DNA of 64,000 bases from Alphaproteobacteria bacterium GM202ARS2 (GCA_014323835.1 JACONH010000002.1:59239-123238); one strand, 5' to 3'; positions 27,842 through 36,652 are shown, counted from the first letter of the stretch. Program-made: numbers and translations. The notes: generated by a model not told the origin, from the sequence alone.

Positions 27842-30423
27842 AACATGGCTTTGAGACGAACAAAAACACTTAAAGGCGCGCCAGGCCCCACAAAGCGGTT
27901 ATCCTCTTCGTAGCCGTCAATGCCCTCGATGGGCACTTCGGGTTCGGCAACGATACCGAAGGTTTGATACTCGATATCGAGAAGGTTGCGGATATCGAGA
28001 GTCAACAGCACCGACTTGCTAATAGCGTAGCGTGCTTTCATGTTGAGGATGCCGTGTCCCTTGATAGCGGGCAGCTCGTTGGCTTCATCGCCACGTAGGT
28101 ATTGCGATGAGGCGATTTGTGACTCCATGCCGACCGCGAACTTTGGCGAAAAATTCACCATAAAGCCCGCCTTGATGCTGTTGCGGGGGATAGAGGGCAG
28201 ATAGTCGTTTTTGCTTGCGGCACATGTGCGGGCGTCATCGTCCATTTCTGCGTCCCCGTCATCATCATCATCGCCGCCACAGGGGCTCGTGAAGGAGGTG
28301 CGGAATTGAGCACGGATGTGCGAGTAGTGGGCGTAGTAGTCCACCGCACCGAAGCGTCCTTGTATGCCGATTTCGCCGCCGATACGCCGTGTTCTACCGA
28401 CATTGTCGAAGTAACCGGTGCCGATAATATCAGCAGCCACAAAGATAATATCGTTGCGGTTGGTGCTATGATAGGCGTTGGCATACCACGACCACGGATT
28501 TTTGCCGCGGTAGCTGCCGCGCATGCCGACTTCGAAGGTGCGGTTTTCGACTTGCTCGAGGGGCGGGTCAGCCAAAAAAGCATTAGGCAGACGACACGGC
28601 GCATCAGGATCCGCACACGTCAACTCCGCCGCCGTCGGTGCACGATTCGATTCCGCATAACGCCCATACAACGACAACAACGGGTCATAACGCCATAGGA
28701 TAGACGCACCGGGATTGAAACGGCTAAAACTATGGTCGCCATTAAGAGCCGTGCCACGCTTATCCTTCAGCTCCACGTCCGCCATATTGAAACGGCCATT
28801 GAGGTTGGCAATCAAATCCTCGCGGATGTGATAGTTGCTGGTAAAGAAAGCACCAAAATGCGACTGCGTCGCTTCCAGCTGGGTGGGGACATCTTCGTCT
28901 TCGGCTTCATATTCGTCTTCCTCCTCTTCTTCGGCTTCTTGTCCTGCCGTGACAACGTTAAAGTTGAGGGAATCAACGCCACGAGTGCTGGTCAGTCGCC
29001 CTAAAGTCGTGCCACTGATATAGTCCACTGTGCCGCGGTCAAAGCTGATACCGCCAATCACCGAGAAATCACGTCCGCCGAATCGGTCTTCGTAGGTGGC
29101 TTGCGCGGAAAAACCAATGTCATCACTTTCGGTTGTGCTGGTGTTGAGCGCGCCGATGACGAACTCGGTGTCATCGATAATCTGCTCGATGGTTGCCGTA
29201 TCGGTGTCCACCTCATCGTCGCCGCTTTCGAATTCATCGACTCCGAGTCTGTCTTCGAGGGCTTCTCGTAAGGAGTCTAAGTCTGTGCCGACCTCGAAGA
29301 CGTTGTTGTTGCCGTCTCTGAGTCGGCTATCCAGCATGACTTGGTTGCCGTTTTCATCGTTGAGGGGGTTATCGTCTTCATCTTCGGCAGCTTCTAGGCA
29401 CTCTTCTTCTTCCTCAGCAGAGAGATAGTAGTTACCGCCATCTTCACATATACCTGCCTCGTATTCATCGCCGTTGAGGGTGTCCCGTTGTCTTTGTCGG
29501 TAGTGGGCGTTGACTTGAAAGGACAGTTTGTTGTTTGCTTGATAGTTGGCTTGGCTCGAGAACATGATCATATCGTTTTCGGTTCGGTCGGGGTGCGTGT
29601 AGACGGCACTCCGCCCCAGCCCCATGAGCAACGATTCGGGCGCGGGCCCATTGCCGACAAGCTCGCTGCGGTTCCAGCTGAGGTTACCGCTCCACTGTAA
29701 CCTGTCTGTTCTGTGGGTCAGGTCTACGTAGCCTTGAGTTACTTCTGTGGGCGAGAAGTCGCGCCAGCCATCTTCTTGGAAGTAGGTGCCGCCGGCATAG
29801 ACGCCCCATTTTTTGTCGGAGCTGATACGGGCGTATTCGGCAACGTTGTGCGTTTGTCCGAAGGAGCCACCGCCAGCACTGAAAGAATAGGTATGCGGAT
29901 AGTTAAAGGCATTTTTCATCGTCATAACAAGGGCACCGCCGAGGGCATTTAAGCCAAACACCGCATCGCCACCGGGCAGAACTTGAAGACTATGGACGGC
30001 AAACTCAGGGATATTGTCCCACTGGATAACATCGCCAAATATTTCATTGATGCGGGTGCCATTCTGGTAAAAGGCTAAACCCTGTGGACTGCCTAGTAGG
30101 GGCGATGCGGTGAATCCTCGTAGCTGGACGTCTTTCTGGTAGGGGTTGTTCTGCACATCGTTAATCGTCAGACTGCTGATACGGGCATGAATGGTATCCA
30201 CGAGATTGTTACCGCTATCGCTGTCGGCAGGGATAACATGCACCGACCGAGCCGTTTCCTCGAGGGGCAAGCCACTGCCCGCCACAGGGGTCGGGGCTAT
30301 AACGTAAATATCGGGTAAGGGTGCTGCGTCTTCTGCTTGCGCGCGAACAGGGATAACAGAAAAAGCACACAGGAGTAACAGTATACGTGACACAGGTATA
30401 AAGTGCGGTAGGAATGACGGCAT
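27838..30423 (-). CDS. TonB-dependent outer-membrane receptor with polyacidic loop insertions
   Basis: It has a signal peptide (AFSVIPVRAQA), a plug domain, beta-barrel repeats and a terminal ...RLKAMF aromatic residue. Three Asp/Glu-rich insertions are present. The substrate is not inferable. Confidence 0.85.
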   Translation of the reverse strand: MPSFLPHFIPVSRILLLLCAFSVIPVRAQAEDAAPLPDIYVIAPTPVAGSGLPLEETARSVHVIPADSDSGNNLVDTIHARISSLTINDVQNNPYQKDVQLRGFTASPLLGSPQGLAFYQNGTRINEIFGDVIQWDNIPEFAVHSLQVLPGGDAVFGLNALGGALVMTMKNAFNYPHTYSFSAGGGSFGQTHNVAEYARISSDKKWGVYAGGTYFQEDGWRDFSPTEVTQGYVDLTHRTDRLQWSGNLSWNRSELVGNGPAPESLLMGLGRSAVYTHPDRTENDMIMFSSQANYQANNKLSFQVNAHYRQRQRDTLNGDEYEAGICEDGGNYYLSAEEEEECLEAAEDEDDNPLNDENGNQVMLDSRLRDGNNNVFEVGTDLDSLREALEDRLGVDEFESGDDEVDTDTATIEQIIDDTEFVIGALNTSTTESDDIGFSAQATYEDRFGGRDFSVIGGISFDRGTVDYISGTTLGRLTSTRGVDSLNFNVVTAGQEAEEEEEDEYEAEDEDVPTQLEATQSHFGAFFTSNYHIREDLIANLNGRFNMADVELKDKRGTALNGDHSFSRFNPGASILWRYDPLLSLYGRYAESNRAPTAAELTCADPDAPCRLPNAFLADPPLEQVENRTFEVGMRGSYRGKNPWSWYANAYHSTNRNDIIFVAADIIGTGYFDNVGRTRRIGGEIGIQGRFGAVDYYAHYSHIRAQFRTSFTSPCGGDDDDDGDAEMDDDARTCAASKNDYLPSIPRNSIKAGFMVNFSPKFAVGMESQIASSQYLRGDEANELPAIKGHGILNMKARYAISKSVLLTLDIRNLLDIEYQTFGIVAEPEVPIEGIDGYEEDNRFVGPGAPLSVFVRLKAMF

Positions 30424-30508
30424 TGTATGCGGTGTTAGGTGTGGTTTTAGGCGTTGCCGCCCTTGACGTTGGGGGTAATGTAGCTTACTGCTTTTTTGTA
30501 TTCAAGTC

Positions 30509-30568
30509 TTTTTTGTTTTTTATTGACAAAAAAACTTGCATATTGCTTTTTTTTGTGCTTTGCTGATT
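30509..30568 (+). promoter_or_regulatory. conserved upstream element, copy 1 (contains TTGACA at 30524-30529), upstream of porin 1
   Basis: About 60 bp, roughly 85% identical by eye to 32574-32634. The shared core is ttattgacaaaaaaacttgcat..ttg......tttgtgctttgctg. Confidence 0.55.
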
Positions 30569-30607
30569 GTATGTTTATTCCTGTCGTGCACGTGTGGCAA
30601 CGAGGCT

Positions 30608-30686
30608 GGGGAACAACGAGGTTGGGGGACAACGGGTTGAGGGGCAATGGGGTAGGGACAGCAGGTTGAGGGGTGGTTGTGAAGGG
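30608..30686 (+). repeat. G-tract array in the porin-1 leader (8 runs of G3-G5 with a period of about 10-16 nt)
   Basis: Read directly: ctggggaacaacgaggttgggggacaacgggttgaggggcaatggggtagggacagcaggttgaggggtggttgtgaaggg. Confidence 0.8.
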
Positions 30687-30760
30687 TCGGCATAGACAGG
30701 AAGTTTCAGGCGCGTGCCGTTGGCATGACAGGATTTATCGTATCATGAGGAGATGAGACA

Positions 30761-32515
30761 ATGAACGTAACAATGAAGGGTTATTTTTTCAAAGGTATCT
30801 ATGGGGCAATGGCGTGGATTGTGGCATGCTTTGCTGTAACGAGTGATGCTCGTGCCGATGTTCAAGTTTTAGGTAAGGATGGCTGGCAGGTCACGGTCGG
30901 CGGTTCGGTCAATGCTTTCGGTGTGTATTCGACTCGGGGTGTCATCGAGGATGCCAACGTTGCCGATAGAACCTACCCGGGCTATTCGGGCAGCGACGGC
31001 GATACGTTCCGTGTGCAAAATGGTCTGTTGCCAGCGGTGTTTGGCTTCAATGTCAATGCCCCTGAAACATCCGATGGCTTGCAGATGTATGCCCGCTTGG
31101 GTTTGTATCCGCACATTCACAACTACAATCGTGAAAAGAATAAACTCGAACAAAACAACCAAGACAACCAAAACAACATCGGGAGCACCCTCGATTTGCG
31201 TGAGGTGTTCTTTGGTGTCCGCACCCCCGAACATGGCGACTTCGTTGTCGGTAAGACTTTGGGCATTTTCTTGGGCAAGAACATTTTGACCGATATGACT
31301 CTGTTCGGCGTTGGTGCCACAGGAGAAACCAATAAGCTGGAGGGAAGCACCTCGTTGGGACGTATCGGTTATGGTTATGTCTATCCAAACTTTAATGTGG
31401 CGTTCCGCTATAACAGTGCGGACTTCCGCAACACGCGCTTTTCTGTCGGTGTCTATGACCCGTCGGTGGTGCGTGGCTACTCGGATCCTCGCGATGCTGG
31501 TAGCACTGAGAAGAACATCAGACGGACTGAAGCAAACAACACATCCGAGCCGCGCTTGGAAATGGAAATCAGCAACGACATGGAAGTCGGCGATGTCGCC
31601 GTCAACAGCTGGATTAACGGCATGTATCAACGCACCGGTTGGCAAGGATCCCATTGCCGCAATAACGTTGTCGATGAACGAATCATTGGTCGAGAAGGCG
31701 GGACGACAGATGCGCCCGATGATATGGACACAAGATTTATTAGGTCAGCGCGTCGAGTGCTCCTCAGTGCTATCGAAAACGACGTAACCGATTTCGATGG
31801 GGCAACGGCTATTCTGGCACAGACATCAGGACGAACAGTGGATCAGGCAAAAAACCGCTATAATTTAAAACGCTATAATTTAGGACTTAAAAACTCTGAA
31901 GACCCTGAAGACTTGTTGACTGAAAATGCCAGAAACCTCGACACAGCGAAGTTGCGTCGTCTCTTGCGTAATGACTTGACAGAGTATGACCCCAGCGATG
32001 ATGTGACCGAGGGGAACACCGAGGGGAACGTTTCTTATATTGAATCCCTCGCGCAAAACTCGGGATGCAACTCAAACCCCATCTCTTGGGGTGTCGGTGT
32101 CGGCATGCAAGCCCGCTATGGTGGGCTAACAATCACCGGGAGTGGCTATTGGGGACGAGGACTCGGCACATTGCTTATGCTCGATACGGATGCTTTGGAT
32201 TACTACGGCAATCCTATCAAACATTATGGCTACATCGCACAAGTCACCTATGACTTCGGTCAGGGCACCGGTGCAGGTATCAGCTTCGGGGCGACATTCG
32301 CATCGCCCGGCGGCAGCTTCGACATCGGCTTCATGCACGATGTCATCAACACTTCGCAGGTGCGCAAACGCCAACTGTTCGACTTGATGCTGTGGCACAA
32401 CGTCAACGACAACGTGCGACTGGTCGCAGAATATGGCAACGCCCAAGTCGAGTGGTTCGACAGAGCCTCTGCCGATAACAATCTGTTCTCGTTCGGTGGA
32501 TTCTACTTCTTCTAA
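30761..32515 (+). CDS. outer-membrane porin, paralog 1 (with a large loop insertion)
   Basis: It has a signal peptide (ACFAVTSDARA), alternating beta-strand pattern and a C-terminal FSFGGFYFF. It shares long blocks with the next ORF (FRVQNGLLPAVFGFN, RLGLYPH.HNYNREKNKL, IGSTLDLREVFF, GKNILTDMTLFGVG). A GAGGAG SD lies upstream. Confidence 0.75.
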   Translation: MNVTMKGYFFKGIYGAMAWIVACFAVTSDARADVQVLGKDGWQVTVGGSVNAFGVYSTRGVIEDANVADRTYPGYSGSDGDTFRVQNGLLPAVFGFNVNAPETSDGLQMYARLGLYPHIHNYNREKNKLEQNNQDNQNNIGSTLDLREVFFGVRTPEHGDFVVGKTLGIFLGKNILTDMTLFGVGATGETNKLEGSTSLGRIGYGYVYPNFNVAFRYNSADFRNTRFSVGVYDPSVVRGYSDPRDAGSTEKNIRRTEANNTSEPRLEMEISNDMEVGDVAVNSWINGMYQRTGWQGSHCRNNVVDERIIGREGGTTDAPDDMDTRFIRSARRVLLSAIENDVTDFDGATAILAQTSGRTVDQAKNRYNLKRYNLGLKNSEDPEDLLTENARNLDTAKLRRLLRNDLTEYDPSDDVTEGNTEGNVSYIESLAQNSGCNSNPISWGVGVGMQARYGGLTITGSGYWGRGLGTLLMLDTDALDYYGNPIKHYGYIAQVTYDFGQGTGAGISFGATFASPGGSFDIGFMHDVINTSQVRKRQLFDLMLWHNVNDNVRLVAEYGNAQVEWFDRASADNNLFSFGGFYFF

Positions 32516-32537
32516 GGTATCATCGCCTGTATAAAGA

Positions 32538-32569
32538 CCCCCGCCCATGTGTTGGGCGGGGGTTTTTTT
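32538..32569 (+). terminator. rho-independent terminator after porin 1
   Basis: cccccgccc-atgtgtt-gggcggggg followed by ttttttt. Confidence 0.85.
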
Positions 32570-32573
32570 ATGT

Positions 32574-32634
32574 TCTTTTTGTGTTTTATTGACAAAAAAA
32601 CTTGCATCTTGCGTCTATTTGTGCTTTGCTGTGT
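32574..32634 (+). promoter_or_regulatory. conserved upstream element, copy 2 (TTGACA at 32589-32594), upstream of porin 2
   Basis: It duplicates the element at 30509-30568. It lies immediately after the porin-1 terminator and is followed by an 8-bp inverted repeat (acctttga-ttttt-tcaaaggt, about 32637-32662). Confidence 0.55.
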
Positions 32635-32940
32635 GGTGACCTTTGATTTTTTTCAAAGGTTGCCCTAACGGGTGCGTCATTTTTGGGGGGCGTGGTGGTT
32701 ATAGATGAGCAAGGCAATACGTCTTGACATTCTGTTTCTTTTGCGTGATGATGCACTTTAGGGAGTAGGGGGCAGGACGCTTCGATTTGAGAAGAGACGC
32801 TTAAACGAGGTTAAACGTGGCATCTAATGTCCCATCTTTTTGGGGGTGGAGCAACAAAGAGGGAAAAGGGCAGAGAAAGGGCATAAAAGGGTGAGATAGG
32901 ATAGAGGATGCTTTGGTTTGTTAGCACTTTGGAGGATGAA

Positions 32941-34296
32941 ATGAGATCCGTTTTGAAAAATAAGACTTTGATGTCGATGGTTACTTTGTTTGCTGGTATC
33001 TGGCTGTCGTTACCGACGCCGGTGCGGGCAGAAGTCGTTTTGATGGGCAACGATGGATGGGAAGTATCCATTGATGGCTCAGTCAATACGTTTGCTGTTT
33101 TCTCTGCACGAGACAGCATTGAAGATGCCACTGTTGATGCCGACGAGTATTTCGGTGGAGCCGCTGGCTCTGGCGCGGCGAAAGCCAACGATAACACCTT
33201 CCGTGTGATGAATGGTTTGTTGCCGGCAGTCTTCGGTTTCAACATTAAGGCACCGACGATTAATAATCTGAATATGTTTTCTCGCTTGGGCTTGTATCCG
33301 CATGTTCATAACTACAATCGTGAAAAGAATAAGCTGGGACAAAACAACATTGGGAGCACCCTCGATTTGCGTGAGGTGTTCTTTAGTGTTACGCATGACA
33401 AGTATGGGTCGATGCTGTTCGGTAAAACGTTGAGCTTGTTCTTGGGTAAGAACATTTTGACGGATATGACGTTGTTTGGTGTCGGTGGGGTCAGTCATGG
33501 CGTGTTTGATGGGGCTGGTGATGGCAACACCCTTGCGGGAAGCACGACTCTTGGGCGCATCGGTTTTGGCTATGTTTATCCGAACTTCAATGCGTCTATT
33601 CGTTATACGACTCCCACGTTTAATAATGCGCAGTTGTCTGTGGGTATCTATGACCCGTCGCGTATTGGCGGGAGTGATGATGCTAATAGATTCACCGAGA
33701 CTCCTGAGCCGCGTCTCGAGGCTGAGTTGTCCCATACGCATACGTTCCGTAGCATTGGCTTGTCGGTGGATTCGTGGGGGAATGCCATGTATCAGAATGC
33801 TGAAAATGGCGATGGTGGTGACCGTGGCTCTGCGCAAGCATGGGGACTCGGCGGTGGCTTCCAAGTCAAGTGGGAAGGTTTGGCTCTGACCGGTAGTGGC
33901 TATTGGGGTAAGGGACTCGGTTCTATCTTGATGTTGGATACCGATTCTCTCGACCACGAGGGCAATACTCGCCGTAACTATGGTTATATCGCACAAGCCA
34001 CGTATGACTTGCCGGACACCATCCTTAAGGATGTCGGCGTTGGTGCTAGCTTGGGTGCTTCCTATAACTCTGCCACGGGTGCAGAAAGAGCACGAGGACA
34101 CCTTCCACAAGGTGATGACATAGTCAGGAATGCGACGTTGGTACGCCACAATCGTTTGATTGACTTCATGGCGTGGCATAACTTCAACCCCAATCTGCGT
34201 CTGGTCGGCGAATTCGGCGTCCAGAACGTACGCTGGAGAGATGGTGCTAATGTAGACAGCTACATCTTCTCTATGGGTGGTTTCTTCTTCTTCTAA
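32941..34296 (+). CDS. outer-membrane porin, paralog 2
   Basis: I placed the start at the ATG at 32941, preceded by GGAGGA. It has a signal peptide (...LPTPVRA/EV) and the C-terminal FSMGGFFFF. It is a paralog of 30761-32515. Confidence 0.75.
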   Translation: MRSVLKNKTLMSMVTLFAGIWLSLPTPVRAEVVLMGNDGWEVSIDGSVNTFAVFSARDSIEDATVDADEYFGGAAGSGAAKANDNTFRVMNGLLPAVFGFNIKAPTINNLNMFSRLGLYPHVHNYNREKNKLGQNNIGSTLDLREVFFSVTHDKYGSMLFGKTLSLFLGKNILTDMTLFGVGGVSHGVFDGAGDGNTLAGSTTLGRIGFGYVYPNFNASIRYTTPTFNNAQLSVGIYDPSRIGGSDDANRFTETPEPRLEAELSHTHTFRSIGLSVDSWGNAMYQNAENGDGGDRGSAQAWGLGGGFQVKWEGLALTGSGYWGKGLGSILMLDTDSLDHEGNTRRNYGYIAQATYDLPDTILKDVGVGASLGASYNSATGAERARGHLPQGDDIVRNATLVRHNRLIDFMAWHNFNPNLRLVGEFGVQNVRWRDGANVDSYIFSMGGFFFF

Positions 34297-34375
34297 TCCT
34301 TTTTTTCCCTTTCTGGTTATTCTTTTTTGGATGAGCCAGCCCTCTTTTGGATTAGAGAAAAGTGTCTAACAACAG

Positions 34376-34413
34376 CCCGCCTGCTCCCTCAGGGAGCGGG
34401 CGGGTTGCTTTTT
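34376..34413 (+). terminator. rho-independent terminator after porin 2
   Basis: cccgcctgctccc-tca-gggagcgggcggg (one mismatch) followed by ttgcttttt. Confidence 0.75.
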
Positions 34414-34507
34414 CGAGACGTAGGGTTTGCATAGCAAAGCATAGCGTATTATAATACAACGGGTGGGGCGTGATGAGGGTGTGATTGTGGTGAGGAGCAA
34501 ACAGGCA

Positions 34508-35494
34508 ATGCAACGAGCGAGCAAAAGATTTTTTGGGCTTATAGCGATGGCATTTTTTGCTGTCCTACCTGGTGTTGTCGAGGCAGGCGGGGGACGTTAT
34601 GGCGACCCGGGTGGTGTGCGGGAGGTTTTGTGGCATCGGGATGATTTTTTTGTCCGTATCGAAAGGCAAGACCGTTTGCGTAATGGCGATGTGCCGCCGC
34701 GCAATGATCATCCGTATCGTCAGATTACGGCGGAGGGGGTTGTTGCGGCGTTATCGAATATTTTGATTCAGGAGAATCCTTCAGATCCGCCTCAGCTGTT
34801 CTTTTCTCAGCGTGCTCTCGATGTTTTGGCGACGTATATTCCTGAGGGCTTGGAGAGAGCCAAGCCTAACGAGGACGTTACGTTTGCGGTCAAGTCGTGG
34901 CATGAGAAGGCTTTGACGTTTGCGACTCCTTTGGTGTTGACTGGGCGTGTTTTTGTTCGTGATGGGGCGTTGAATGTTATTTTGGGCGAGATGCGTCCGC
35001 CTAACAAGGTGTCGCAATCTTTTGCTGAGTTATCGGCGTTGAATAAGGATCCTCGTTTGCATCCTTATATTCCGGGTTTGCGTGGTTATCGTGTTCGTAA
35101 TCGGTATGTGTTGTCGGCGGTGGGGGATGGTATTTATCATGCGCCGAATCGTCCGCAGGACTGGTTGATTTTTACGCCGGGCAGTTATTCGGCATTTAGT
35201 CGTCCGTTGCAGGCGATAACGGAGGAAATTCGTGGCAAAACAGTGGAGGATTTGGAGCAACGCAAGGCGCGCCGTTTGAAGCCTCGTAAGGCGGAGACAC
35301 AGTCGGCAGATGAGTTGCGCCGTTTGCGTGACGAGCTGTCTCGTCTTAAGAAGCGGGTTGACGGTGAGACGTCGGAGCGTCGCTCGGCGGCGTTGGAGGC
35401 GCGTTTGCAGGCTCTCGAGCGTATGCGGGAGCGGGGGCTTATCAGTGAAGAAGAATTCGAGCGTAAACGCAAAGAAGTCTTAAAGGACATGTAG
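34508..35494 (+). CDS. secreted hypothetical protein with a C-terminal coiled-coil and SHOCT-like tail
   Basis: The ATG at 34508 follows GAGGAG. It has a signal peptide (FFGLIAMAFFAVLPGVVEA). The C-terminus LERMRERGLISEEEFERKRKEVL matches the SHOCT short C-terminal domain pattern. I do not recognise the core. Confidence 0.55.
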   Translation: MQRASKRFFGLIAMAFFAVLPGVVEAGGGRYGDPGGVREVLWHRDDFFVRIERQDRLRNGDVPPRNDHPYRQITAEGVVAALSNILIQENPSDPPQLFFSQRALDVLATYIPEGLERAKPNEDVTFAVKSWHEKALTFATPLVLTGRVFVRDGALNVILGEMRPPNKVSQSFAELSALNKDPRLHPYIPGLRGYRVRNRYVLSAVGDGIYHAPNRPQDWLIFTPGSYSAFSRPLQAITEEIRGKTVEDLEQRKARRLKPRKAETQSADELRRLRDELSRLKKRVDGETSERRSAALEARLQALERMRERGLISEEEFERKRKEVLKDM

Positions 35495-35515
35495 CCCTTG
35501 TAGTTTTGTGGGGGT

Positions 35516-35892
35516 TTGTCAGGCGACCTGTAAGCCGGGTTTTGTCGGGGATGAGCATTTATCTTAAGCTGTGCATGAGCACGTGCTTTGTTGCGTCTTA
35601 CCCGAGCATTAAGGCTTGAGACGTTGCCCCAGCGATAGGATGCGTGGCATCCTTGTGCTGATGCTCCTTTTAGACTTGCTCCGGGTGGGGTTTACCTATG
35701 CCATCTCTGTTACCAGCGATGCGGTGCGCTCTTACCGCACCTTTTCACCCTTACCGATGTTTGACCATTGGCGGTTCTTTTCTGTGGCACTTTCCCTGAA
35801 GTCGCCTTCGCCGCGCGTTACACGGCACCCTTGTCTCACGGAGCCCGGACTTTCCTCACCCAGATAGGTGCGCTCATCCAGTCGCCTGACGT
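35516..35892 (-). ncRNA. rnpB: RNase P RNA (bacterial type A)
   Basis: The reverse strand contains GAGGAAAGTCCGGGCTCC (P4), GTGCCACAGAAAA, GGTAAGGGTGAAAAGGTGCGGTAAGAGCGCACC, GGTAAACCCCACCCGGAGCAA and ACAAAACCCGGCTTAC. P1 pairs GTCAGGCGAC at both ends. The ends are good to within a few nt. Confidence 0.95.
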
Positions 35893-35998
35893 GGGTAGTG
35901 TAAGGGTTTTTCTTCTTTGATTCAATGGGGCAATGAGCGATTGATACGCTATCTTGACAGAGAGATGATGTGTGTCATAATTGGATGGAGGAGAGCGT

Positions 35999-36652
35999 AT
36001 GCTTTTGAATGTCATGCAGTCTGTTTTTTCGGATAAGGGGCGTGCATCGGTCGCCCGACATTTACTCGATTGCGGTGCGGTCACGGTGGACGTGCATAAA
36101 CCTTTTACGTGGTCATCGGGGCGTAAGAGCCCCATTTATGTCGATTGTCGCCGTCTTTTGTCTTATCCTGCTGAGCGTCGGGCGGTCATGGATGCGGCGG
36201 CGCGTATGCTGGCACCCTTCATCGATAAGCAAACGTTGCTTGCCGGCGGCGAGAGTGGTGGCATTGGTTATGCGGCGATACTGGCGGATAGATTGTCGCT
36301 ACCGATGGTTTATGTGCGCAAGAAGGTGAAGGGCTATGGCTTGAATAAAGCCATAGAGGGCGATACTCGTGATTGTCGTCATGCTGTGCTGATTGAAGAC
36401 CAGACGACCGATGGTGGCAGTAAGGGGCATTTTATCGAGGCACTACGGCAGGCGGGTTTGTCGTGTCAGCATGCTTTTGTTATTTTCAGTTATGAGACGG
36501 CATTGTTGCAGAGTCGTATGAAGCAATGGGGGGTTGCGTTACATTGTTTGTGTTCGTATCGAGATGTTATGGATGCGGCGGTGGCTTTGGGGCGGTTGAC
36601 TCGTGCAGACGTGGCGCGTGTGGATGAATTTATAGCGTCTTTAGCTGCCTAA
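35999..36652 (+). CDS. pyrE: orotate phosphoribosyltransferase
   Basis: It has FTWSSGRKSPIYVDCR and the PRPP-binding motif VLIEDQTTDGGS. The ATG at 35999 follows GGAGGAGAG; the track start at 35981 is a TTG. Confidence 0.9.
   Translation: MLLNVMQSVFSDKGRASVARHLLDCGAVTVDVHKPFTWSSGRKSPIYVDCRRLLSYPAERRAVMDAAARMLAPFIDKQTLLAGGESGGIGYAAILADRLSLPMVYVRKKVKGYGLNKAIEGDTRDCRHAVLIEDQTTDGGSKGHFIEALRQAGLSCQHAFVIFSYETALLQSRMKQWGVALHCLCSYRDVMDAAVALGRLTRADVARVDEFIASLAA

Noticed and set aside
30424-30760. I looked for a Fur box, or a cobalamin or other riboswitch, upstream of the TonB-dependent receptor.
   Set aside because: I found no GATAATGATAATCATTATC-like palindrome and no recognisable B12-box or riboswitch core on the minus strand. 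The structured elements present (conserved 60-mer, G-tracts) face the porin gene instead.
35616-35867. The track lists an 83-aa plus-strand ORF here.
   Set aside because: It lies entirely within the RNase P RNA gene on the opposite strand, and every universal rnpB motif is present.
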